Below are positions 9,001 to 16,803 of a stretch of DNA of 52,924 bases, piece by piece. Source of the stretch: a virus. Its lineage: Duplodnaviria > Caudoviricetes. The stretch covers positions 1 to 52,924 of IMG/VR virus record IMGVR_UViG_3300045973_001495; one strand, written 5' to 3'. The notes under the pieces are model-generated. The model did no database searches, was not told the origin of the DNA, and saw only the letters and a list, made by a program, of their open reading frames with translations. Position 1 is the first letter of the stretch. Each line of letters opens with the position of its first letter. A program made the translations under genes and the position numbers.

Positions 9001-12000
9001 GATTGATAGCAACTTTTGCAGGCTCGAAGTGCGCGGCTGCTGGATTTACTCCGCCGTGACCACGCGAACCGAAACCAATCCCAAGCGTACCGTTTAAGCT
9101 GATTGCATCAGGCGGAATTCCAATTAGTTCGGCAAGATCGCTGAATGCGTCATAGGCACGGTTAAGATTGTCTTGGCGCTCTGCTTGCGGCATGGAATTG
9201 CCAAGCTCAATGCGCCCATCGAACCCGAAGGCGTCAGCAAAGTCCTTGGCAGAAACATTACCATCACGGTGCTCTTTCCCCGTCCGATCTGCATTTGTCT
9301 CGCGCCGCTCATTGGGGGTGCTTGTTTTCTTATCCAGCAAGGCAAGCAATTCTGCCTTGTTATCAGCTAGATATTTTCTAGCTTCATCAGGCGTCTTTAG
9401 GCCGGATTTCAGATCAATATATTTACCAGCAGCAATCTTCTTCCCGATTGTGTAGCCCGGAACACCGCGCTCAGAGTAAATATCTAAGGACTTCTCTTTC
9501 TTTGGTGTGTCGCTAGCTTGCTCGCTTGCAATGCGTGATTTGGCAAAAGCTACTGCTTCATCAAATGTGTCGAAATACTTAGTTTTTGAATATGGCTCAC
9601 CTGATCTGCTTATGGAGAATTTCTTAATGCCATGCGGGTGCTTAACGCCATCGAACGTGCTGTAAATTCCAGACTCCAACTCAAGCCCGTTCGTTTTCGT
9701 GAAATCAGGAAAGCCAAGTGCTTTGTAGAAATCAATCTTACTGCGCAACTCCATAGCGCCGGATAACTTGGTGTTATTGATAATTTCATTAACACCGTCC
9801 ATCCCGACGCCATTAAACAAATGTGACGCAAGGCTGCGAATAGTCTTAAGCTTTTCCACCCATGCTTTTAGCAGGTATGGCTTTCTCGGCTTGTTGCCAA
9901 TGAATTCGCGCAATGCTTTTACTGTTGCAAGCGCTTCGTTTGAAGAGCCATTCAAGTTCAATTGTTCATAATTTGGCTCAGGGAAGTGCTTGCTTAGTGT
10001 TATCTCACTTGCTTCTGGCAAGTCTTGAGTAAGCGAGGCGACAAGCTCTGCTCGCTTATCCTTTGCAGCGCCGCCAATTTTCTGACCGTAGTCTTCAATT
10101 GGCCCGGTGTTGTTGAACTTCTTGGGCGCTTCCGCTACTGGTTCAACCTTCGCTGCGGACTCATCAAACAGACTCGACTGCCCACGCGCCGCCCCTTCGT
10201 CTGCGGTGCGATCTGAGCCGGTAAGCGTGAACTCGCCTAGCTGTGCATCTGCATCAGCTTTCCGAGTCGCTTTGCGCGACTCTGTGGCTGCTTGCTCTTC
10301 CTGTTGCCGTGCTTCCGCATTCAGGCGCGGCAAGTCTGCTACGTCTAGTCCTTCGAGTCCGAACTCTTCAGCGCTTCGCGGCGTTGCTTGAGACTCTTCA
10401 GCCACTCCTTCCGCTGTGCTGGTGGCACCTTCAGGAAGTCGCGTATCAATCGCATCATTGCTGGAGACTGCTGGCCGTCCATCGAGGGCGGCAAGGAATT
10501 GTTCTTCTGTGACATTGCTCTTTGCGCTCCACGCTATTTCATAAAAGGCGTCTAGTTCTTGGTCGCTTACGTCTGGATAAGCATCATCGTTGAATTCCGC
10601 ACCGGCACCGGACTCATCCATGTGGGCAAATTCTGCCGCTCTGATTGCCCCATTCTTGGTTTGTTCGTGATGCGTGCGCAGCAAGGCATTAACGGTGCGG
10701 CGCTCTTGCACATCCATCTTCTCACCGGTAAGCGCCTTATCCACCGCCCGCATCGTGGCGGCAGGACTCATGCGCTCGGCAGGTGATAACGCACCCCACC
10801 ATTCAGCGTTCGGCACCCATGACGTGCGCCCAATCTTATCCGATCCATCTACCTGCGGCGTGCGTGTCAGCGCGCCGCCAGTTTCCGACCAACCCGCTTG
10901 CGCCGCAAGTGCGCGCAACTCTGGCTCGTATGCCTTAGCTAAAGTCGGGTCTACTTTGTCTTTGGGCTGGATTACAGCAAGGCTTTTCTGTCCAACTTCA
11001 TCAGTATTTGCCGCGCCTTGAGCGCTTGCCGCTGCGCCTTCTTGCGTTTGCGTCGTTCCTTCTTGTGTAGCCAGTGGGCTAGGTTTGGCATCATTGCTAG
11101 GTGACTCCACTTGAACAATACGGCGGTCAATTTCCGCCTGCGCCTTTGCCCTTGCGCCAGCGCTGGCGGCTTCTGTGTTCAATACCTTGGCTAGCGCCCT
11201 GTCTGATAATTGCGTGACGGGTGTACCGGCAATGGTAGGAATAGAAACGCCCTCAACCGAGGGCGCTTTTAGGTCAATTTGTTGGCCGTCTAACTGCCGC
11301 TTAACGATTGGCGGCTGCTGGCCTAGTGATTGCGCGTTATCAACCTGCGCAATGTCGTCTAGCCGCTTACCTAGTTCGATGTTTTGCACTTGTGCAGGCG
11401 TGCCAACACCTTCAGAACTGGCGATTAGCGTGCTGTCTGGTGCGGGCAATCCTTGCAACTCAGGCGCTTGTACCGACTCAGGGCGCTCGATACTGGCGTT
11501 GCCCTCAGCATCCACCACAACACGCGGTTGCTCCATGTCCAGCCGGTTGGTGGCGGGGGCTTCTTCGCCTGCCGGAATAAACGAACCTTCCAGCGCATCG
11601 CTTGGCGCTGGAAGTGCCAGCGGGCGTGTGATCTTGTGTTCGCCGTGGGTGATTGTGTCGCCCATGCCAAGTGCGTCTAGCAGTGCATCTTGGTTTACAT
11701 CAAGCGCCCCGCCCGTGGCGTCTGGTAGCGTGATGTTCAGTTTTTCGGCTGGGGTTTTTTCGGCTTCTGGCTTCTCGGGAGCGCTGCGATTATTGAACGA
11801 TGAAGCGCCACCACCAACTGCGCCCAATAAGCCGCCAGATAAACCGCCCATTACAGCCTGCTCGGCCACGCCATCCATCAGGGGTTTACCTTGCCCCAAG
11901 TTCTGCCACATTTGTTCAGTAGCAGATTGCGGCGTTTCTTCTAGCAAACCCTCTTTAAGCGCGCCCTTGGCTGCTGCTTTAAATACACCATCCTTGGCCT

Positions 12001-12847
12001 CGCGCATACCCGAAGCAGCAAGACCAGCTTCAACATCCTCTAGGCCAAACTTTGCGCCGATCTTGTTTGATAGCTGCCCGACTGCTGCGGTTGTTACGCC
12101 GGAGCCGATAGCAGAAAGCGCTTGCCTCGCCCCAAGCTCGCCTTTTGCTGCGTAGTCTGCGGCTTGTGATCCTGCGGTTTGCGCACCTTCTCCGGCAGAA
12201 GAAAGCGCGGCCAAACGCGGCATGGCCTTTTCAACTGCTGCACGCCCTGCCATTAACGCAACTTCTTCGGTTGCGCCTGCCGCCATTGCGGTGCTTACAG
12301 CTCCGCTGAAAATCTTGCCAGCCACTAACTTAACGCCACCGGCAAGCGTTGCCATTTGTGGCAATGACTCAATGGCAGATTCTAGGATGGTGCCGGGATT
12401 CTTTAGCGCTTCGCCAATGCCGGAAACGATGCCGTCATTTTGGAATGCTTCATGTATTTTTTGAGAGTTACGCTTGCTAACGTCTGAATGCTTATCGCCC
12501 CAATAATCGGAGGCCATCTTTAGATCAAGATTGTTGTCAGCAAGAAACTCAGTGATTGTGCGGTTCTTTTCGCCGGTTACTGCGTCCACGCCTGCGCGGA
12601 TAGGTGTTGCAGCCAAGTCGGTAAGGCCAACAATGCCTCGCGGGACTTCAGCAAGGCCTTTCATCAGCGATGCGCCAGCATCCTGCGCGACTTCACCCCA
12701 TGTTCGGCTGCGCTTGTCCTCTTCCTCTTTGCGCTTGCGCTCTTCTTCTTGGGCTAGCTGATGCTCCTGCATTAGCCGATAAGTACGGTCAATTAGATCG
12801 TCTGACGGCCTGCTAGATTTAGCTAGGTTGTCGATTTGCTGAGACAT
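6065..12847 (-). CDS. Giant polyvalent protein (LPD1-like zincin + PRTase + HExxH metallopeptidase-like + GNAT), probable ejected protein
   Basis: 2260 aa. Motifs: GSLGHEWWH...YWSTIEELTARAFE; PRPP-binding VLLDDTITQGGT; QAFYDP...VFLHEYLH; GNAT IKIDDSKQSKGYG...ARPFWKKLG. Confidence 0.85.
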   Translation of the reverse strand: MSQQIDNLAKSSRPSDDLIDRTYRLMQEHQLAQEEERKRKEEEDKRSRTWGEVAQDAGASLMKGLAEVPRGIVGLTDLAATPIRAGVDAVTGEKNRTITEFLADNNLDLKMASDYWGDKHSDVSKRNSQKIHEAFQNDGIVSGIGEALKNPGTILESAIESLPQMATLAGGVKLVAGKIFSGAVSTAMAAGATEEVALMAGRAAVEKAMPRLAALSSAGEGAQTAGSQAADYAAKGELGARQALSAIGSGVTTAAVGQLSNKIGAKFGLEDVEAGLAASGMREAKDGVFKAAAKGALKEGLLEETPQSATEQMWQNLGQGKPLMDGVAEQAVMGGLSGGLLGAVGGGASSFNNRSAPEKPEAEKTPAEKLNITLPDATGGALDVNQDALLDALGMGDTITHGEHKITRPLALPAPSDALEGSFIPAGEEAPATNRLDMEQPRVVVDAEGNASIERPESVQAPELQGLPAPDSTLIASSEGVGTPAQVQNIELGKRLDDIAQVDNAQSLGQQPPIVKRQLDGQQIDLKAPSVEGVSIPTIAGTPVTQLSDRALAKVLNTEAASAGARAKAQAEIDRRIVQVESPSNDAKPSPLATQEGTTQTQEGAAASAQGAANTDEVGQKSLAVIQPKDKVDPTLAKAYEPELRALAAQAGWSETGGALTRTPQVDGSDKIGRTSWVPNAEWWGALSPAERMSPAATMRAVDKALTGEKMDVQERRTVNALLRTHHEQTKNGAIRAAEFAHMDESGAGAEFNDDAYPDVSDQELDAFYEIAWSAKSNVTEEQFLAALDGRPAVSSNDAIDTRLPEGATSTAEGVAEESQATPRSAEEFGLEGLDVADLPRLNAEARQQEEQAATESRKATRKADADAQLGEFTLTGSDRTADEGAARGQSSLFDESAAKVEPVAEAPKKFNNTGPIEDYGQKIGGAAKDKRAELVASLTQDLPEASEITLSKHFPEPNYEQLNLNGSSNEALATVKALREFIGNKPRKPYLLKAWVEKLKTIRSLASHLFNGVGMDGVNEIINNTKLSGAMELRSKIDFYKALGFPDFTKTNGLELESGIYSTFDGVKHPHGIKKFSISRSGEPYSKTKYFDTFDEAVAFAKSRIASEQASDTPKKEKSLDIYSERGVPGYTIGKKIAAGKYIDLKSGLKTPDEARKYLADNKAELLALLDKKTSTPNERRETNADRTGKEHRDGNVSAKDFADAFGFDGRIELGNSMPQAERQDNLNRAYDAFSDLAELIGIPPDAISLNGTLGIGFGSRGHGGVNPAAAHFEPAKVAINLTRKNGAGSLGHEWWHAVANYFSRAVGSKTGDITSNLRTKHEGIRKEVLDAYADVVKAINNSKMVDRSKELDARRTKNYWSTIEELTARAFESFLIDKAKQNGLSNDYLANILDHQTWNVIEEVEQGEGAKESYPYPTESEKAEINAAFEKLFSTIKVKEENSRKVLYSRTATPQKSTPAQLLKALGSAFGSKLVDRLMARGRKNERGGMVVGTQDAIIEQVAQARAKVNGTDVATERARLADEVKNSILKLPDAIIEHQLGIMSGDDYELGKSGDKVGALRLALKLITPNLVEKVRSQAGNDPIIVGVSSIEASGKNAIPHAAAEVLAKKLNAEADSKIIQSNSPKRTSMDGIERIFNKPTFIGEVEQGRNYVLLDDTITQGGTLSSLAKYIEDNGGSVKSIVALSGKQYSRIIEPTEETLARLREKHGDLEDGFFKATGRQFDDLTESEARYLTNYKSANSIGVRISEANRGRSSDLVQEAVSSNELKKAPPSGGVSNSSKLETKLSADGQMQAFYDPVSGIHAFNSDVLAEDTAHGVFLHEYLHGGLDSDPALRKQFDALTQAAVSNHKAGLAAPEGSPKRLLADEVQRRLESAGETESAEETLTYTVEVAANWAAKEGIKVIDGNALERIAKRFGSVAANLIRDFVSMVRLRLMRAGVMEPGKLTTNDLLMMAKQSAQTAGKGGFVGSNGSAAVAGSKGEKYDAGRVFARLEKQANGEYTNNDDVTLRPVLTHPNGSVAFRIRIAKQDVGFVILQPDGDGFSVLRNIKIDDSKQSKGYGEQVIKAMLATSGGKVDIIDITNGHDDQKDARPFWKKLGARWKNYSTDSTQMDGTLDWNDYAKARLDDTGRVGYDSEADQGIAGAGQLAGDGSGTDAEAQGYGIEVQDGYEGLTPEEQDALRALGAKFSKTPPSAGFFASYPEQFNNSRFGKETVTVPVYVRSEGRTVDAKFNITKELNDYDRRLADLNKVLKCAA
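6242..6268 (-). terminator. Intragenic intrinsic-terminator-like hairpin
   Basis: Minus strand AAAACCCCGC-CAAGT-GCGGGGTTTTTT, inside the giant CDS (encodes KTPPSAGFF). Confidence 0.6.
7507..7535. terminator. Intragenic bidirectional terminator-like hairpin
   Basis: CGCCACC-CGAA-GGTGGCG followed by C and T7 on plus; cUUCGg loop on minus (encodes KKAPPSGGVS). Confidence 0.55.
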
Positions 12848-12860
12848 TCAGGAACCCCAA

Positions 12861-12941
12861 AAAGCCAAAAGGCCAGCGGGTTAGGCTGGCCTTCGGAAAC
12901 GACAAAACACCCACTTGGGGCGACAAGACATTTTAGCGCAT
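12861..12941 (-). promoter_or_regulatory. Late element copy A (-10-like box + two hairpins)
   Basis: Minus strand GCTAAAAT..TGTCGCCCCAAGTGGGTGTTTTGTCGTT..AAGGCCAGCCTAACCCGCTGGCCTTTT; similar to 25412-25486. Confidence 0.6.
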
Positions 12942-12949
12942 GTTAGCGA

Positions 12950-14149
12950 TTAGATAAGGTTTTTCTGCTGCATGATTCGCACCAAATCCGCTCTTTGTTT
13001 TATTAGTTCCATAGTTTTTTCGGGGTTCTGTTGATTCGCTTGAATAGATGCGTCCACATTCTTTAAAGCCTGTTTATAGGAATCAATAGTGCGCTGGCGC
13101 TCTTCTGGACTCTGCGGAACTTGCGGATCGACCGAGGCGGGCTTAGGTGCTACGGGGGCGGGCTTCGCCGCCACCGGCTGCGCTGCTGCCAGTAATCCAG
13201 CCTGCACAGGCTTAGGCGCTGTTGCTTGCTGTTGCTTTGGCGCTGGCATCTTGCCAGTAGCGACAAAATCGCTGGCTTCCAAGTCTGACAAGCCCGGATG
13301 GTCGGCCTTGGCTTTGGATATTTTTGCGGCAATATCATCACGAGCTGAAGCGGGTGGCTTCCCTGTGCCTGCCTGCGTCAAAGGTGAATATGTGCCGTCG
13401 GCATTAATCCGCACGGTTTCTTTTACAGTTACCGGCTTACTAAGATCGTCTTTAACTTGCTTATCAATGGTTTGAATCCTAAAGCCAGCATCGCGGGCAG
13501 TTGGAGTTAAGAAGGCGGTGAAGTCCTTGCCCTTCGTGGCCGCACTATCCACAAGGTTTTTCAACTCCTTTTTCTCTTCCAAAGTACGCTCACTGGTGGG
13601 AATCGAAGAGATTTCAGCGATCCGCGACTTCATCTTGATCGCTTCAGTGTTGTCGAACTTGTCTTGGGCCTCTTTCTTGCGACGATCCCCCAACTCAGCC
13701 CAGCCAAGTGCTTGACTTGCTTTTGTGCGTTGAATATCAAACTTACTCTTGATTGCTTCTTCAGCCTCTAGCTTAGAAAGCCCGTTCTTCATTTCAAGAG
13801 CAATGGCGTCTTGGTACTCTGGCGTTTTCTTGAACTCAAGTTCTGCGCGCTTCCCATCAAGAGTGCGTTTGATTTCTTCCTGCGCCTTCCCGGCACGCAT
13901 CGCAACTTGCGTTGGATCGTTCCAAACCTTTTGACTAGCACCAGCCTCAGCCATCGCGGTTGTTTCTGCCTTCTTGCCCGCATTGTCTAGGTCAAACTGA
14001 AGCGCCCATTGCTTTTCGCGCTTCACCTGTTCAAACAGTGCTTCGCGTTCCAGTGCTTTGCGGTCTGCATCCTGCTGCTCACGATTCTGGCGAACGTACT
14101 CACCTGTTGCGCCGGTTGCTGCTGCTAGCAATCCATCTAGGAAACTCAT
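12950..14149 (-). CDS. Putative ejection / internal virion protein
   Basis: 399 aa, charged helical sequence, in the late cluster. Confidence 0.6.
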   Translation of the reverse strand: MSFLDGLLAAATGATGEYVRQNREQQDADRKALEREALFEQVKREKQWALQFDLDNAGKKAETTAMAEAGASQKVWNDPTQVAMRAGKAQEEIKRTLDGKRAELEFKKTPEYQDAIALEMKNGLSKLEAEEAIKSKFDIQRTKASQALGWAELGDRRKKEAQDKFDNTEAIKMKSRIAEISSIPTSERTLEEKKELKNLVDSAATKGKDFTAFLTPTARDAGFRIQTIDKQVKDDLSKPVTVKETVRINADGTYSPLTQAGTGKPPASARDDIAAKISKAKADHPGLSDLEASDFVATGKMPAPKQQQATAPKPVQAGLLAAAQPVAAKPAPVAPKPASVDPQVPQSPEERQRTIDSYKQALKNVDASIQANQQNPEKTMELIKQRADLVRIMQQKNLI

Positions 14150-14625
14150 TTGACTGATCCTTTACCAAACTGAACCATATGTTGCGCCATCACGGTTGCA
14201 CGCTGCGCGGTTTGCTTCATTTCGCTCGCATCAATCAGCTTTGCTTTCAGCACAAAGCGCATCAGGCTAGCAATCGCAATAGCGCACAACTGCACCAAGC
14301 TATTTTCATCCAGCTTCGCGCCGCCTAATTGCGCGCTCACAAGGTTGGATGCAGCTTCGGCCATTTCCATTTCAAGATCGCCCTGCCCATCTGTTAGCGT
14401 TTTGATAACGGCGTCTGGTATATGGTCAAGTGCGCGCTCTACATTGGCGGCGTACTGCTTGATTTTCTGATTACTCAGCGCTTGCCCAGCAAAATCGCCG
14501 CTTGCCTCTTGCTGTTCTGTTGCTGGCGTTTCGTGCGCTTCCATCGCCTGATCTTCGTTTGCGTCGTCCGCATCTTCAGGTTGCGCGCCTTGCATTGCGG
14601 CCAATAGGCCGGAGTTGATAGCCAT
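14146..14625 (-). CDS. Hypothetical virion-associated protein
   Basis: 159 aa, GGGG RBS, ATGA overlap with the next gene. Confidence 0.65.
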   Translation of the reverse strand: MAINSGLLAAMQGAQPEDADDANEDQAMEAHETPATEQQEASGDFAGQALSNQKIKQYAANVERALDHIPDAVIKTLTDGQGDLEMEMAEAASNLVSAQLGGAKLDENSLVQLCAIAIASLMRFVLKAKLIDASEMKQTAQRATVMAQHMVQFGKGSVK

Positions 14626-14634
14626 ATAAGCCCC

Positions 14635-15135
14635 TTACTTCTTGAAGTAATCAGAATTAACAAAGCGGCTGGTATCCAATCCACCAAGCCCACGGCGTTT
14701 CGCATATTCCTCATAACTGAGTTTTTGCATTTCCTTCGCTTGCTGCAATGCGGCCTCTTGCGCCTTAGTTGTCGCCTTATCTTTCTGGTAGCCATTAAAT
14801 GCACTGAGCAACCCTTGTCCAATAATCCCCTTGCTGCTTGTGCTTAGGCCATTGATTAGGGAAGAGCCGCCTTTCCAGATTTGGTCAAAGATGCTGCCGG
14901 TTTCATCAGAAATGGGCGTGCGGGTAACGTCTTCGTTTGTGTACTGGTAATCAAGGTTAGGACTGCCATCTGGAACTATTTTCTCAAGCCCGTAACCGTC
15001 CTCTTCGCTTGGTGCAATGCTGCCATCTGGCAACACGATTTCGCCATCTTCGTTTATCTTCCACCCGGCAGGGAGCCAACTGGAATCATTGTCTTCCACT
15101 GTGTTGTCGCCATCTGATTCGTTCATATCAACCAC
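14635..15135 (-). CDS. Hypothetical protein with acidic N-terminus (putative ejection protein)
   Basis: 166 aa, AGGTGG RBS, overlaps the upstream gene. Confidence 0.6.
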   Translation of the reverse strand: MVDMNESDGDNTVEDNDSSWLPAGWKINEDGEIVLPDGSIAPSEEDGYGLEKIVPDGSPNLDYQYTNEDVTRTPISDETGSIFDQIWKGGSSLINGLSTSSKGIIGQGLLSAFNGYQKDKATTKAQEAALQQAKEMQKLSYEEYAKRRGLGGLDTSRFVNSDYFKK

Positions 15136-16801
15136 CTTTCTTTGTAATCTTCTTTGGCGGCACCAACTGCTTGCCGAGTGTCATTTGTTTAACTGCTGTG
15201 CTGGCAACCGTCCCTGCGATGTCGCCAAGTGTGCCGTTGCCAGTGAGGCTGCCGATACTGTCGTTAGCTGCCGTACCCGCTACGCTGGCAAGTAATCCGT
15301 TTGCGTTTATCCCGCCCGTTTTGATGTACTGCCCAGCCATCTGCCCGCCAGCCGAAATCAGCGCTTTCGTGTAGTCGTTTGGCGTATCTAATCCGCCTTG
15401 GCGTTGCAGGCGAGATAAGTCAGCGCCGGTCGTGCTGGTATTGAAGTCGAGCCCGCGCGACAGGTTCGTGCCCCCTTGGATAAGGCCAGCCGTGGCTGCG
15501 CTAGCTAGCAGGGATTTAGGGTCTAGCTTGCCGGTGCTAATTAGCCCGCTTGTTGCAGTGCGTGCTGCGGCTGCGGCTGCGGCCGAAGCCGACGAGCCTA
15601 AGCCCTTGGTCATGCCGCCAACTGCGCCGCCAACTTGCGCACCGGCATACGATGCGGCAATGCCCTTCAGAACATCGCCCAAGCTGCCGCCGTTGGCTAA
15701 CGTGGTCATGGCAGAGATCGCCCCGCCGATGACTTGACCGCCCGGTATCATCGAGACAACTGCACCAATGATCTGGCCGTTCTTCTGTAGCCACCCGTTT
15801 TGCCGACCGTTGTTCTTGCTGGCGGCTGCCTTGATAAAGTCCTTGTTCGCCATCAAGCCAAAGCGTTCGTCGTAGTGGAACAACATGTTCCGCACGTTCT
15901 GCTGTTGCGCTGGCGTGGTTGCACCGGCTTGCTTATAGACTTCCGGCAACATCGTGTTGATGTCGTCATTTAGTGGCCCGATATTCCCTATCTGTACCAA
16001 GCCTTTTAACTTCGGGTCGCTAATTGCCTGATAGGCTTTATTGTCCTGTTGCTGCGATCTGCGGTTACTTCTACCGGCATTGTGGTCTATGCCATCGTTA
16101 TAAGTTCCGGTAAAACCGTATTCGCCCACGCTGCCATCGGCTGTTTCCATCGCTGTAAAAGCGATCTTGGCTGTCTCGTCGGTGACACCCTTCAGCCCCG
16201 CCTGCTCTAGCAGCTTTTCTTTTGTGCCAAGCATCGGGTCGTTAGCAATAGAAACGCCCTCGTCACCGTAAGCAGTTCCGCCACCATCCATGAAGTAGCC
16301 TGAGTTTTTCTCTAAGTCTTCATCTTTGGTACTAGGGTTAAGTTTCTTCGCTTGTTCTAAAGTTAGATACTGGTAAACCTTTTCATCGTTCTGTGGGTCT
16401 GGGCCTTCATGCGGGCCTTGATACAAGTGATAGTTGGCATACTCCAAACCGGCATTCTTCAACTCGTCTGGCGTTGTCTCCACACGGTAGCGCTTCATCG
16501 ACTTAACGAAGTCACCCACTGTTGTCGTTTTGGAGTCGTCATCCACTAACGCCGCATACTTGTGATCGCCTTTTACCTTCTCCTGCAAAGCAGGATCGAG
16601 CCACATATAAGCAGCGTTCTGGTTTACCCCGTACCCATCGCCGTACCCCGTGAACGAGTTACCAAAGTGCTGAAACGGGGTTTGAGGCTGCGCTGATATA
16701 TTTGATGCGGTAGCTGCGGGCTGAGTGGTTGCCGTTTGCTGTGGCTGCGCCAAGGCAACCACCGGCTGTTTTGGCGGTGTGAGTTGCTTGCCTAGCTGCA
16801 T
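15128..16801 (-). CDS. Putative DNA-transfer/ejection protein with Gly/Ala-rich hydrophobic segment
   Basis: 557 aa. IIGAVVSMIPGGQVIGGAISA glycine-zipper-like region. Confidence 0.6.
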   Translation of the reverse strand: MQLGKQLTPPKQPVVALAQPQQTATTQPAATASNISAQPQTPFQHFGNSFTGYGDGYGVNQNAAYMWLDPALQEKVKGDHKYAALVDDDSKTTTVGDFVKSMKRYRVETTPDELKNAGLEYANYHLYQGPHEGPDPQNDEKVYQYLTLEQAKKLNPSTKDEDLEKNSGYFMDGGGTAYGDEGVSIANDPMLGTKEKLLEQAGLKGVTDETAKIAFTAMETADGSVGEYGFTGTYNDGIDHNAGRSNRRSQQQDNKAYQAISDPKLKGLVQIGNIGPLNDDINTMLPEVYKQAGATTPAQQQNVRNMLFHYDERFGLMANKDFIKAAASKNNGRQNGWLQKNGQIIGAVVSMIPGGQVIGGAISAMTTLANGGSLGDVLKGIAASYAGAQVGGAVGGMTKGLGSSASAAAAAAARTATSGLISTGKLDPKSLLASAATAGLIQGGTNLSRGLDFNTSTTGADLSRLQRQGGLDTPNDYTKALISAGGQMAGQYIKTGGINANGLLASVAGTAANDSIGSLTGNGTLGDIAGTVASTAVKQMTLGKQLVPPKKITKKGG

Positions 16802-16803
16802 GA

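Noticed and set aside
11175-12155. 326-aa plus-strand ORF and other long antisense ORFs
   Set aside because: Ser/Ala-rich shadows of real genes on the opposite strand, with no motifs.
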